DNA of 64,000 bases, taken from IMG/VR virus record IMGVR_UViG_3300025120_000017, positions 96,001 through 160,000 of that record; one strand, given 5' to 3'. The notes beneath the pieces were generated by a model. That model was given only the letters and a program-made list of their open reading frames with translations. It was not told the origin of the DNA and did no database searches. The DNA is from a virus. A program made the position numbers and the translations under genes. Of this stretch, positions 30,501-38,961 are shown in pieces (within the stretch, counting starts at the first letter, position 1; each line of letters opens with the position of its first letter).

Positions 30501-30649
30501 GGTCCTAGTCCATCATCATAAAGAACTACCATATCTTTTTTATATGGATAGTTAGCTGACCACTGTTCTTTATACCTAAAGTTATTATCTAACTCTGTAT
30601 GAGTTAGTGGCCTATTTTTGTTACCTCTATAATTAATTTTATCTGCCAT
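27536..30649 (-). CDS. Collagen-like tail fibre protein
   Basis: Several Gly-X-Y blocks (GPTGATG, GAQG); N-terminal RGNKNRPLTHTELDNNF motif; GQIFVGNSSN..MSGD fibre motif. Confidence 0.85.
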   Translation of the reverse strand: MADKINYRGNKNRPLTHTELDNNFRYKEQWSANYPYKKDMVVLYDDGLGPYNYIAKFDTQKATFDPLDWTKIGVGGSGVPGVTGPTGATGSQGNIGPVGATGIGVTGPTGANSTVAGPTGAQGIQGIQGTQGAQSTVPGPIGPTGPIGATGTGVTGATGANSTVAGPAGPTGIGVTGAAGASGPGLYATSATLFSLNNGSTSQLNVVPNIGTNSYGTAFVVGSYVQISKTLSPSDFQVSRVSSFNNNTGALQFDAPFYINPGADTNPSNSWVITGTGLPGPTGPQGVTGPIGATGATAIGPTGPSGGPVGPAGPTGAQGISGLQGSQGATGVTGFNGLNGAQGLTGAGAIIRSTQSFGLIDINPLTITSFPSGQAFAPGQFARIINDNIPNQFADCKVIGYSPGSGDITLDTPFYVSSLGGTNSDWTIVPTGVLGTGVTGAQGPTGSAGTPGAIGATGPQGPVGTIGTTGAQGPIGPTGAQGVAGPTGAASTVVGPTGLIGVTGPQGSQGIQGVQGVQGNTGAQSTVPGPTGPSGSVQDWQSVVNDSYSGATDSSARAKTDQIGATSTGKPVYLEIYSGTPGATNPGTPGITVSGSKLFSGWINGPTAVPYALNKGTSTRNLYAQDYYFDAYKSNIKNNSQFHTVEWDQSNIFGTGSAFWKQTKISDASHRKISLQDASIKLEHYGGTGGDTSSITINESSVVLDSPAWSLTQTLPLYSGSTAAQVMIRDDANQGAIKYLNFYTEFDTAIHSNKASEITPITQKTVLVGGEVMLIEDIFDSNNKKKVEMDNLRDYTKIVRTFENTGTSASWDGDFTDFVDYQALGGAVGINAPTGTPRNGQRLEFRLDDDGTARAITWNAIYTGINGITLPNTTIVGDVVAARFRYSTDTSKWECYGVSEAGGGGTPTLNNGQIFVGNSSNAATSVAMSGDTTISNTGVVTIGADKVTYDKMQDVTQPCMLGKTSAGVGQVSEIPIIEAYLSAGAVATLLETTSNWDVNGNYTGSTITGTYQGQSHYNGNYWFTAVADNTWIRLIRG

Positions 30650-30665
30650 TTAAGCAATTTTATTT

Positions 30666-31208
30666 TTATTCTAATCCGCTGTTATCAGTAGCAGGGTCAT
30701 TAGGATTATATCCTAATACTCCAACATATCCTGGGTCTACATAACATACATCAACAGATGCATCTTCTCTAGTTGTCTTAAGAAGAGTATTTTTATTAAA
30801 GTATGTAATTAAAGAATCTTTTAAATATGCAACACTTTTATTAGTGCCTGCAATTAATGAAGCATTCTTATAATTATTATATTCTGTATCTGTTTTTGAC
30901 TTTGGATTCCCATCTGCTATATTATAAAAACTTATATTACTTTTATACGAAACTGTGTTATTAATAAACCTAATGTTCTCTAAAAATATAAAATCACCTA
31001 CTATACAATATTTATTAGGCTTTGTATCGTTTATTAGGCTTGAATATCTAGCAAGAAAATCTGCTAAATCATTATAACTTATATAAGTTTTTTTACCAGA
31101 TAATTTAGAAATAATCTTAAATGATAAATCATAAGAAATAAACCCTTGAGTTTCTAAGTCTTTTAGAAATAGATATGTATATTCAAGAGTAGTAATATCA
31201 AGTTCCAA
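30666..31208 (-). CDS. Hypothetical protein, first gene of the fibre operon (TTG start)
   Basis: 180 aa; C-terminal YVDPGYV motif; preceded by late motif and hairpin. Confidence 0.65.
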   Translation of the reverse strand: MELDITTLEYTYLFLKDLETQGFISYDLSFKIISKLSGKKTYISYNDLADFLARYSSLINDTKPNKYCIVGDFIFLENIRFINNTVSYKSNISFYNIADGNPKSKTDTEYNNYKNASLIAGTNKSVAYLKDSLITYFNKNTLLKTTREDASVDVCYVDPGYVGVLGYNPNDPATDNSGLE

Positions 31209-31255
31209 CAGTACATATATTATTTTTATTATTTAATAGAGTACTATTGGAACTT
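31200..31255 (-). promoter_or_regulatory. 15-bp hairpin covering the TTG start, with TATTAAATA (31230-31238) in the loop
   Basis: AAGTTCCAATAGTAC pairs with GTACTGTTGGAACTT (one U-G pair). Confidence 0.8.
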
Positions 31256-31266
31256 ATAATCAAAAA

Positions 31267-32511
31267 TTAGAATAATGATTTTGTTTTTATAATGTTTAGC
31301 TTCTGTTCTGTTGATTTGTTAGAAACTATTTCTATATTCTTAGAGAGTGCTTTAAATAGGCTTGATGCATATTGACCGTTAAAATATACATCATCAAGAT
31401 ACTTCTTATATAAATGAACTCTAAGCTGTTTGTATTTTTCTGGATTTTGCTCCAATGCTTTTATTTTAGTGTGTAGCTCTTTAGAGTTTTTAACTCTTAA
31501 AAAGTCATGTAAATCTAGGTTATTCTGTGTATCATAAGTTTCATGAACAAACGGTATCATACCATGATAAACAACTTCTCTAAATTTTGTAGTTACTGGA
31601 CCTTTTGTGTTTCCTACAACAAGAGTATACTTAAATTTTTGAGCCAATGGATCTAATTCATGAAATTTAACCACTCCTTTGATTTGAGAATGTGCATTAA
31701 GAACTTCTTCTTTCCAATTTCCATAAATATGAGCTTCTTGATTAACATCATAATCTAATACATATTCTTGTAAGATTTTTAATCTATCTTGAGATGATGC
31801 ATTCCCTTGATTAAGAATTAGCCCTATCTTTATTGGTTTTTCAATGGATAACCATGAATCAAGATCTAGTTTATTCTTATCATATAATATTGTAGCATCT
31901 AATTTAGAGTAAATTTCTTTAACTTTATCAACCTTTTTAGTATTATCACCTTTTGCAATTATACTCTTTATTTCATGCTCTTGTTCCCAAACACTGATGC
32001 ATCTTCTAGGTGGATTAATTAAATCAACTGATGCATATGGAAAGTAGTTTTTATCTACACATAGCATATCAAAAGTTATCTTACTTTCATTAAGATAAGA
32101 AAACATTGGACCTACATAATTCTTTAACATATCAAGAGGTGTACCCATTTTATTAGAATCACTCTCAAGAGGCGTATGATTAGGAATATTTGTTCTTCCT
32201 ACAGGACCTGTGTATATTAATCCATAATCTATTGTAATATTCATTCTTTTAAAGAACTCATATGGAAATCTCCACATATCACAATGATAGTCTTCAGTGT
32301 TATAGAATTGCCAAATATCAATTAAATTATCTGCTATATTTAACTTTTTTCTTGTTAAGTCATTTTTACCTATACAATAAAAAGTAATATTTGGATTAGC
32401 TTTAATTATTGGGTAATATATGTTATATGCATCACAATCACCACCTTTTCCATTCCATGATTTAGTATCAAATGATAAAGATTTACCTATTTTACCTATT
32501 ACTACGTTCAT
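31267..32511 (-). CDS. GT-B glycosyltransferase, T4 DNA beta-glucosyltransferase-like
   Basis: C-terminal VTTKFREVVYHGMIPFVHETYDTQ..FLRVKNSKELHTKIKALE resembles the T4 BGT C-terminal domain (by-eye comparison). Confidence 0.65.
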   Translation of the reverse strand: MNVVIGKIGKSLSFDTKSWNGKGGDCDAYNIYYPIIKANPNITFYCIGKNDLTRKKLNIADNLIDIWQFYNTEDYHCDMWRFPYEFFKRMNITIDYGLIYTGPVGRTNIPNHTPLESDSNKMGTPLDMLKNYVGPMFSYLNESKITFDMLCVDKNYFPYASVDLINPPRRCISVWEQEHEIKSIIAKGDNTKKVDKVKEIYSKLDATILYDKNKLDLDSWLSIEKPIKIGLILNQGNASSQDRLKILQEYVLDYDVNQEAHIYGNWKEEVLNAHSQIKGVVKFHELDPLAQKFKYTLVVGNTKGPVTTKFREVVYHGMIPFVHETYDTQNNLDLHDFLRVKNSKELHTKIKALEQNPEKYKQLRVHLYKKYLDDVYFNGQYASSLFKALSKNIEIVSNKSTEQKLNIIKTKSLF

Positions 32512-32512
32512 T

Positions 32513-33793
32513 CTAAAATAACTTTTTGCTTTTTATAGCAGGTTCAACATCGCCTAAAACAATTTTTTGAGCACAATTATCTTGCATTAAATATCGGGTA
32601 TTACTTAATGGTAATTCACCGTTTAAAAATTTAACAACCTCATGAGTCCAATCAGCTGCAGTATTTACTGGGACATTTTGAGTAATTGCATGAATTTCAG
32701 ATTTACCTTTAATTTCAAAATCATGAGGAAATCCCATTAAGTGTAGCATTTCTCTAACATTTAGATACCTATTTTCATTTGGATTAATAAAACTTGCTAC
32801 AGATTTTGAAATTAACGCATTCATACAATCTCCATTAAACTGTGGAGATTCATCCCAATATCCACCTGCTTGTCTAACTTTTACTTTATCCCAAATTCTA
32901 TCAATCTTTGCTTTGATTCTACGTTTTCTATCTTTTTCATCTAATGTATCATATCCTTTCTTTGAAAACCATTGACAGAATTCATCATATAATTCTTCTT
33001 CTAATATAGTTTCAACAGTAGAGAATTTTTTACCACCAGTTTTCTTTAAGAAGTCTGTATAGCTTAACCCACTCCTTTCAATAAGAAACTCAAATGTAGG
33101 AAATGCATCAGTTGGTGATAACTCGTTTGAATATAAATCTCTAAGAGATGCAGTATCAGGAATATCATTTAAGTATTCTATTAAGGATTTTCTTTCTCTA
33201 TCATAATAACCTAATATTGGAGATGCATCAGATTTCCAGAAAAAATAAAAACTTCTTGTTCTATTTTGTGGTATTCCATGTAACTTTGTACTTGTTTTAA
33301 TAACACTATAACTATAATTATGCTTTTCAGCAATAAGTCTTAGTCTTTCACGAACACCTGCACCTAGTTTTGTAAAAAACCCTGGAGCATTTTCTCCAAA
33401 CATTACTTTAGGTTTTACTGTACCTAAAACAAACTCAGTACTTTTATACATCCATTCGTTTTGAGCAGCATCTGATCCTCTACTACTTGCACTTTTGCCA
33501 TTTGATGCATTAAGCATTGATAAACCTGCACATGGACAAGTACTACTTACAATATCAACATCAGTAAGTCTTTCCCCATTATTTGCATCTATTAATTCAT
33601 TAGTTTCTGCATCGATAGTAATATATGGAATATCAAGTCCTTTATTTTCATAATGTCTTAATAATAAACCATCATTAAAACCAAATGCAGGATAAGATAA
33701 GATATATTCAGGAGGAGTTCCTAATTCTTTCTCAACTCCTATAGGTAATCCTCCTATAAGTGGAATAATTGCAGCATGCTTGTATTTTTTCAT
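32513..33793 (-). CDS. C5 DNA cytosine methyltransferase-like protein (atypical motif I)
   Basis: Catalytic PC (TCPCAGLS), ENA (ENV-like), PQNRTR, RYLNVREMLHLMGFP and QNVPV; motif I reads IPLIGG. Confidence 0.85.
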   Translation of the reverse strand: MKKYKHAAIIPLIGGLPIGVEKELGTPPEYILSYPAFGFNDGLLLRHYENKGLDIPYITIDAETNELIDANNGERLTDVDIVSSTCPCAGLSMLNASNGKSASSRGSDAAQNEWMYKSTEFVLGTVKPKVMFGENAPGFFTKLGAGVRERLRLIAEKHNYSYSVIKTSTKLHGIPQNRTRSFYFFWKSDASPILGYYDRERKSLIEYLNDIPDTASLRDLYSNELSPTDAFPTFEFLIERSGLSYTDFLKKTGGKKFSTVETILEEELYDEFCQWFSKKGYDTLDEKDRKRRIKAKIDRIWDKVKVRQAGGYWDESPQFNGDCMNALISKSVASFINPNENRYLNVREMLHLMGFPHDFEIKGKSEIHAITQNVPVNTAADWTHEVVKFLNGELPLSNTRYLMQDNCAQKIVLGDVEPAIKSKKLF

Positions 33794-35145
33794 AACTTTA
33801 ATTTTTTCAGAATGTATTTTTTAATGCTATCTTTATTGTTTAAATCATTAAATCCCATGTATTGTTTTATTTCATCAATAATTTCTTGAGCTTCTTCAGG
33901 ATTTTGATTAAAATATTTTATCTTTTGATTAATTTCACTAGAATTTTTTACTCTTAAAATATCATTAAATTTAGATGGCAACTGTTTATTTAACGGGTCA
34001 TAATCGTGAGCAACAAGAGGTAAATTATTTAGAGATACTGCCTGTGCAATTCTTCTATGATAACTATTATTAATTATAGGAGATGGAACAAAAGAATACT
34101 TATGTCTAATAAATTGTTTTGTACATTCATCATATGTTACTTCAATTCCTTTATGAAACTTGTTGTTTAATATATGTTCATAAGTACTTGGTGCTTTTAG
34201 TTCATTACCTTTAATCTTTTTATAATATAAAGAATGTGGCCCATCAGCTATATTCATAATATAGTCTTCATACATTTTTATCCTAGATTCGTTTCTTTCA
34301 CTTGATACGGTGCCACAAAAAAGTAAATCCATTTTCTTATCCTTAAATTTTAATAGTGGATTATTAAATAAGCCTGTGCTTAAATGGCTTTGTGTAACAT
34401 ACCCATGTTTAATAACATCAACTTTAAAATCTTCAGTAATTGGATAATACATATCATCAGCTGCAAATGTATAAAGGTTTTCTCTGTATAGTTTACTATA
34501 CCTAGGATCAGGTGAAAATATATGCACAGATTTACCTAACCTATTAAGAATATACATTGTACATCTATATAAATTCATAGATAGTCCAATATATCCACCT
34601 AAATTAAAACCAGGCTCGTGACTATTCCATAACTCTAAGAAATCTTTTGCGCCTCTGGCATTTCTTTTAATTCTAACACCTCCTTTAAATTGTTCAATTC
34701 CTTTTACATTATTATATGCAACATAAGATTGTGCAAATGTAAATGTTGACCTACAACTAAAATCAACTACTAATGTAATGTTAAGAGGGTTAATAACGTT
34801 TTCTATAATATTGAAAATGCTTTCACGATGTTCAGCGAATTCTTCTTTAAGAATTAAACTATCACCTTCAAGCTTAATTAAGATAATTCCATTTCCATGA
34901 TTTTTTAATTTATCACTATTGTATGTAGTGATAGATCCTGTTATAAAGATAATATTATAATCATCTTTTATAAAAGGTAAAATACAATCAGTAAAGTCTT
35001 CATGATGCTCAGATTCTAAATCTAATTGTTGATATACTTTACTATATCCTAAAGGAAATAATAGAGTTTTCTTACTATTAAGAGAGTTAAGTTCTTTATA
35101 TTCAACAATTAATCTGTCTAATGGGTTTTTAATTATCGTTTTCAT
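33790..35145 (-). CDS. Second BGT-like GT-B glycosyltransferase
   Basis: DLLFCGT..RNESR, RRIAQAVSLNNLPLVAHDYDP..LRVKNSSEINQKIK; C-terminal domain similar to 31267..32511. Confidence 0.55.
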   Translation of the reverse strand: MKTIIKNPLDRLIVEYKELNSLNSKKTLLFPLGYSKVYQQLDLESEHHEDFTDCILPFIKDDYNIIFITGSITTYNSDKLKNHGNGIILIKLEGDSLILKEEFAEHRESIFNIIENVINPLNITLVVDFSCRSTFTFAQSYVAYNNVKGIEQFKGGVRIKRNARGAKDFLELWNSHEPGFNLGGYIGLSMNLYRCTMYILNRLGKSVHIFSPDPRYSKLYRENLYTFAADDMYYPITEDFKVDVIKHGYVTQSHLSTGLFNNPLLKFKDKKMDLLFCGTVSSERNESRIKMYEDYIMNIADGPHSLYYKKIKGNELKAPSTYEHILNNKFHKGIEVTYDECTKQFIRHKYSFVPSPIINNSYHRRIAQAVSLNNLPLVAHDYDPLNKQLPSKFNDILRVKNSSEINQKIKYFNQNPEEAQEIIDEIKQYMGFNDLNNKDSIKKYILKKLKL

Positions 35146-35638
35146 TAATGTATCCTACATTCAGGTTTTTGTTATTTTCTTCTAATTGACATCGCTTTCT
35201 TAAATCAGATGAACTGTATGGATGTCTTCTAGTATTGTATTTTATTTCAATTTCATTGATATACTTACCTGTGAAATCTTTATCTCTATATTCTTCTCCA
35301 ACTAATCTGATTTTAGGTAATAGAGTAAGTAATGCATTTTCTAAATCTTTCTCTGAATCAAGCGGAATTACCTCATCTATATATTCTACTGAGTTTAATT
35401 GTCCCCACCTTTCAAATAAGCTCTGTACTGGTTTATTCTTTGTTTCTGGTCTATCAATCGTTGCATCATTAATTAAACCAACAACAAGATAGTCTCCAAG
35501 AGACCTTGCTTTATAATAAAGATCAATATGTCCTATATGGTTTAATTCACCGCAAGTGCTAGTAAAAATAATATCAAGTTCATTAACATTCTTTCCTAGC
35601 TCTTTAGCACGCTTTTGTAATAATTTAAAGTTTAGCAT
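35129..35638 (-). CDS. Cytidylyltransferase-family nucleotidyltransferase (TagD / HldE-II-like)
   Basis: HIGH motif, GDYLVVGL, KPVQSLFER, YIDEVIP, YSSSDLR. Confidence 0.9.
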   Translation of the reverse strand: MLNFKLLQKRAKELGKNVNELDIIFTSTCGELNHIGHIDLYYKARSLGDYLVVGLINDATIDRPETKNKPVQSLFERWGQLNSVEYIDEVIPLDSEKDLENALLTLLPKIRLVGEEYRDKDFTGKYINEIEIKYNTRRHPYSSSDLRKRCQLEENNKNLNVGYINENDN

Positions 35639-36713
35639 TAATAAGATCTTTAGTTATATTTAAGTATTTTTTAAAATTAGGATCATTTGTATGATATTTT
35701 AAGATTCTAACCCATTGAGTTGTTTCAAGAATTTTTAGTACTTTATTCAATAGAGATTTATCAAGATCATCGGTATATCGCTTCATTACATACCTACAGT
35801 ATGATTGTAATCCGCTATTATTATGTTTTCTTCCACTATGTGATAGTTTCGCAATATCAAGATATACTGATGAATACAGGTCTTTTATATAGATAGGATC
35901 AATTAAAACAAGACCTTTAGTTTTATTAAAGATCATATTTTCTATTGAGAAATCACCATGCATAAAAGATTTGTGCATATTCATAAAAGGAGTAATTCTA
36001 TGCATATTTTCTAATAATAACATTCTTTCATCATTTAATAAATGCCCAGACTCAACATTGATCTTTAGATGTGAATCTATTCTATCTATATATGTAATAA
36101 AATCAGATCCTAGTGATGGAGTTGATGCAATACAGTTTAGTTCATTGCCTATTGCATGGAAATTAAGAATATCATCATGTTTAATGTATTCCATTCTTAA
36201 GGTATTTCCTACAAGACTTTTAATTTCCGGAATACTTAATCCTGCTGACTCTGCTTTAATGTACCATTTACTAGCTTCTCTGCTATCTGTATGTGTTTTG
36301 TAAATTTCATTGCCATGTTTTTCAACTATTGCACCACTCTTACCTCTTTTAATAGGAGTTATATCAATGTTTAAAAACTCTTCAGGAAGAATTCCTTTAT
36401 CATCAATGTAATATGCAGCAAGTGGCTTATTGAAACTTAACTCATTATAAATAAGACCATGAAAGTTTAAGAATTGTTCTATGTTCTTTCTATATTTTTT
36501 ATCAGCTTCTTTTCGACTATCGCATGAAATAGACCCTCTTGCTGTTAAAACAAGAATATACCAACCATTCTTTTGTAATTCATTCAGTCTTTTAATAAGT
36601 TCTTTATTAACATCAGCGCTTTCCCAGTTTCGGGTTTTAGTAAAGCTAAGAGTATCATCAAAATCAACACATATGATTTTACTCATGTCTTGTGGTCTTT
36701 CTTTATAAAACAT
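35625..36713 (-). CDS. HAD phosphatase fused to an APH/choline-kinase-like phosphotransferase
   Basis: N-terminal CVDFDDTL..LTAR..KP..YIDDK (HAD); C-terminal HGDFSIENMIF..LIDP..DIAKL (kinase). Confidence 0.85.
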   Translation of the reverse strand: MFYKERPQDMSKIICVDFDDTLSFTKTRNWESADVNKELIKRLNELQKNGWYILVLTARGSISCDSRKEADKKYRKNIEQFLNFHGLIYNELSFNKPLAAYYIDDKGILPEEFLNIDITPIKRGKSGAIVEKHGNEIYKTHTDSREASKWYIKAESAGLSIPEIKSLVGNTLRMEYIKHDDILNFHAIGNELNCIASTPSLGSDFITYIDRIDSHLKINVESGHLLNDERMLLLENMHRITPFMNMHKSFMHGDFSIENMIFNKTKGLVLIDPIYIKDLYSSVYLDIAKLSHSGRKHNNSGLQSYCRYVMKRYTDDLDKSLLNKVLKILETTQWVRILKYHTNDPNFKKYLNITKDLINAKL

Positions 36714-37242
36714 TATAAGAATTCATTAAGTTAAGAATGTGTATTTGTTTTAAGATTGATGCAATTCTTTTTGCCATATGATTTTTAGATATAGCAATAC
36801 GTTCTTCGGTCATTTCAAGACCTAAATATATTTTATAAATATCATCACCTTTTAAATTAAGCTGGGTTAAGCTATTTATAATATCTACATCAAAAGAGTT
36901 TTCATACTTAATACTTCCTGTTGTTTCTATATATGCTTTATTAAACTCTTCAATAGTAAAAGATGCATATCCATTATCTTCTAAGATTGCATTAATTTCA
37001 GAAATCCTATAAGCAATTGCATCTAATAAATTGTCTTCTTTATGGTTATATTTTTGCCTACTTAGTTTTAATCCATATAAATATCTAAAGCTATTTAATT
37101 GAGATTCTTTATCGCATTCAATATTTAAGAATTCTGAAATATTAGTAGCTGCTTTCATTCCTTCTATCATAGGACCATATTGCCTAGTTTTCTCTTCAGA
37201 TCTAGAATTAATGATCTGATTTGCTTTTTCTACTAATGACAT
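36703..37242 (-). CDS. DUF6378-like helical protein (possible nucleotide-processing enzyme)
   Basis: ANQIINSRSEEKTRQYGP..LKLSR..HKEDNLLDAIAY. Confidence 0.6.
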   Translation of the reverse strand: MSLVEKANQIINSRSEEKTRQYGPMIEGMKAATNISEFLNIECDKESQLNSFRYLYGLKLSRQKYNHKEDNLLDAIAYRISEINAILEDNGYASFTIEEFNKAYIETTGSIKYENSFDVDIINSLTQLNLKGDDIYKIYLGLEMTEERIAISKNHMAKRIASILKQIHILNLMNSYNVL

Positions 37243-37269
37243 ATTTTTTATTATTAAATATGATGTATG

Positions 37270-37533
37270 TTAATATTGTTTAATTAATGCGATTAAAAAT
37301 CCAGATTTTCTAATTAACCTATGATAATTTTCTTTAAATACAAAGCATTTAATTCCTATTGATAATTTTTTAGGAAGCTCATTATCATATTGAAATAGCC
37401 ATTTGCCAAAAGGAAAGAAAAAAATTTCACGATGTTCATTATCTCTATGCCATTGATAGAGCATTTCATCTTTTTTGTAGAATATTCTAATTACATATCC
37501 ACATATGTTTAGTTGCTTAAATGGATTTACCAC
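37270..37533 (-). CDS. Small cupin-like protein
   Basis: WHRDNEHRE..WLFQYDNELP..YHRLI (HxD..H pattern). Confidence 0.55.
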   Translation of the reverse strand: MVNPFKQLNICGYVIRIFYKKDEMLYQWHRDNEHREIFFFPFGKWLFQYDNELPKKLSIGIKCFVFKENYHRLIRKSGFLIALIKQY

Positions 37534-38036
37534 GGATAGTCACTTTTTAGTCCAAGATGCTTTGCAAATAAATGAATATTACAACTCCAAAAGCCTGCTT
37601 TATTAACATCTGTTTTACTATCACATCTATGCCTTGCTTGAAAACTATCAGCAGCCTTTTTATCATGATTTTTTATTGATAGATTAGGATCACCAAATCT
37701 TATTATATTTGCTATAGGTAATCCACTATCTTTATCTTTTTTACCGCTATCTAAATAAACTCTAAGTTTTTTAGTTTCAGTTTTAGCATAATCAGGTAAA
37801 TGTAACTTAATCTTCTTTCCTTTATAAATACCAGGCTCTCCAGTTTTTAAAGATGCGATTGCTTTATCTCTACCTTCAAGAAGCAGTTTACCATTATTGT
37901 AAAGTTCTCTAACTTCAATAATTAGATCACAAAACTTTTCAGACCCGTACATAAATACGCATTCAGAAATTCCAATACCATTATTCAAATGATATTCTAG
38001 TTCTTGTGACATTTTAAATGATGATAGCGGTTTCAT
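37527..38036 (-). CDS. Conserved phage protein (RFGDP..SFQARHRC..FWSC domain), possibly head cargo
   Basis: Domain recurrent in T4-like phages; late-type motif 20 nt upstream; N-terminus MKPLSSF loosely resembles the capsid-targeting signal. Confidence 0.65.
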   Translation of the reverse strand: MKPLSSFKMSQELEYHLNNGIGISECVFMYGSEKFCDLIIEVRELYNNGKLLLEGRDKAIASLKTGEPGIYKGKKIKLHLPDYAKTETKKLRVYLDSGKKDKDSGLPIANIIRFGDPNLSIKNHDKKAADSFQARHRCDSKTDVNKAGFWSCNIHLFAKHLGLKSDYPW

Positions 38037-38071
38037 ATAATGTAAATTCTTTATATTATTTATTCCATTAT
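38037..38071 (-). promoter_or_regulatory. GAATAAATA motif (38057-38065) in an AT-rich hairpin abutting the ATG
   Basis: ATAATG-GAAT pairs with ATTT-A-CATTAT directly before the ATG at 38036. Confidence 0.45.
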
Positions 38072-38266
38072 TTGCATAAAGAAATCTTCAAGATCTTGAA
38101 TAGTGCTATTATTTTCTATAAGTGATGCTTCCCCATTAACAGATTCATACCAAATTATTTCATCAGGTATTTTAATATCTGCAAATTTTGAAAATTGTCT
38201 TATGTATGTAGACTCTTTATGTTGTATTGTGTATATTGCATTATATTGGGCTGTTATGATTTTCAT
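38060..38266 (-). CDS. Hypothetical protein
   Basis: 68-aa ORF coupled by an ATGA overlap. Confidence 0.6.
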   Translation of the reverse strand: MKIITAQYNAIYTIQHKESTYIRQFSKFADIKIPDEIIWYESVNGEASLIENNSTIQDLEDFFMQIME

Positions 38267-38961
38267 TTAAAAACTCCTATTATTTTTTTTATTTTGTAAT
38301 TTTTATGACCAGGTAATCTGCTACTATTAACAAACAATTCCTCTTTATGATATGATGTTGATACGTTAGTATCATGAAGAAAGTATACATATAACTCAGG
38401 ATCTTGATATGAAACTGCCTTATGTTTAGTAAATAGCTCTTTAAGTACAGGAGTATCTTCATATCTCTGCATGTTTGAATATAATGGCATAATATCTCTT
38501 CTACACATTAATGATCCTTCCCAACCTTCAAGACGGTCAAAGCTTAACCTAACTTCATCTTTAGCTGATGAAAATAATAAAAGACTTCTTAATGTACATC
38601 CATCTAATCCATCTTCAAGTATTTTATTAAGTTGTGATTCAATACGGATAGGTGAATAGTAATCATCATCGTCCCATATTATAACATAATCACCACTTGC
38701 CTTACTTATCAAGTGATTTCTTAATGATCCTAGGTAGATTCCATCTTGTGGTATATGCTTAAATATTCTGATATTATTTTTATTTCTCCAAAACTTATCT
38801 AAGCTGTTTAAATATTTCATGGTTTCACTATCATTACTGTAATACATTATTAACATTTCTTTGTTAATATGAGTTTGATTAAGATAATGATTTATAGATG
38901 TTTTAAGAAATTCACACCTATTTTTTGTTACTGTTATTGTACTTACTTTAATGCTTTTCAT
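38263..38961 (-). CDS. Family 2 glycosyltransferase (GT-A)
   Basis: VSTITVTKNR..LNQT, LGSLRN..ASGDYVIIWDDDDYYSPIRI, ED motif. Confidence 0.9.
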   Translation of the reverse strand: MKSIKVSTITVTKNRCEFLKTSINHYLNQTHINKEMLIMYYSNDSETMKYLNSLDKFWRNKNNIRIFKHIPQDGIYLGSLRNHLISKASGDYVIIWDDDDYYSPIRIESQLNKILEDGLDGCTLRSLLLFSSAKDEVRLSFDRLEGWEGSLMCRRDIMPLYSNMQRYEDTPVLKELFTKHKAVSYQDPELYVYFLHDTNVSTSYHKEELFVNSSRLPGHKNYKIKKIIGVFK

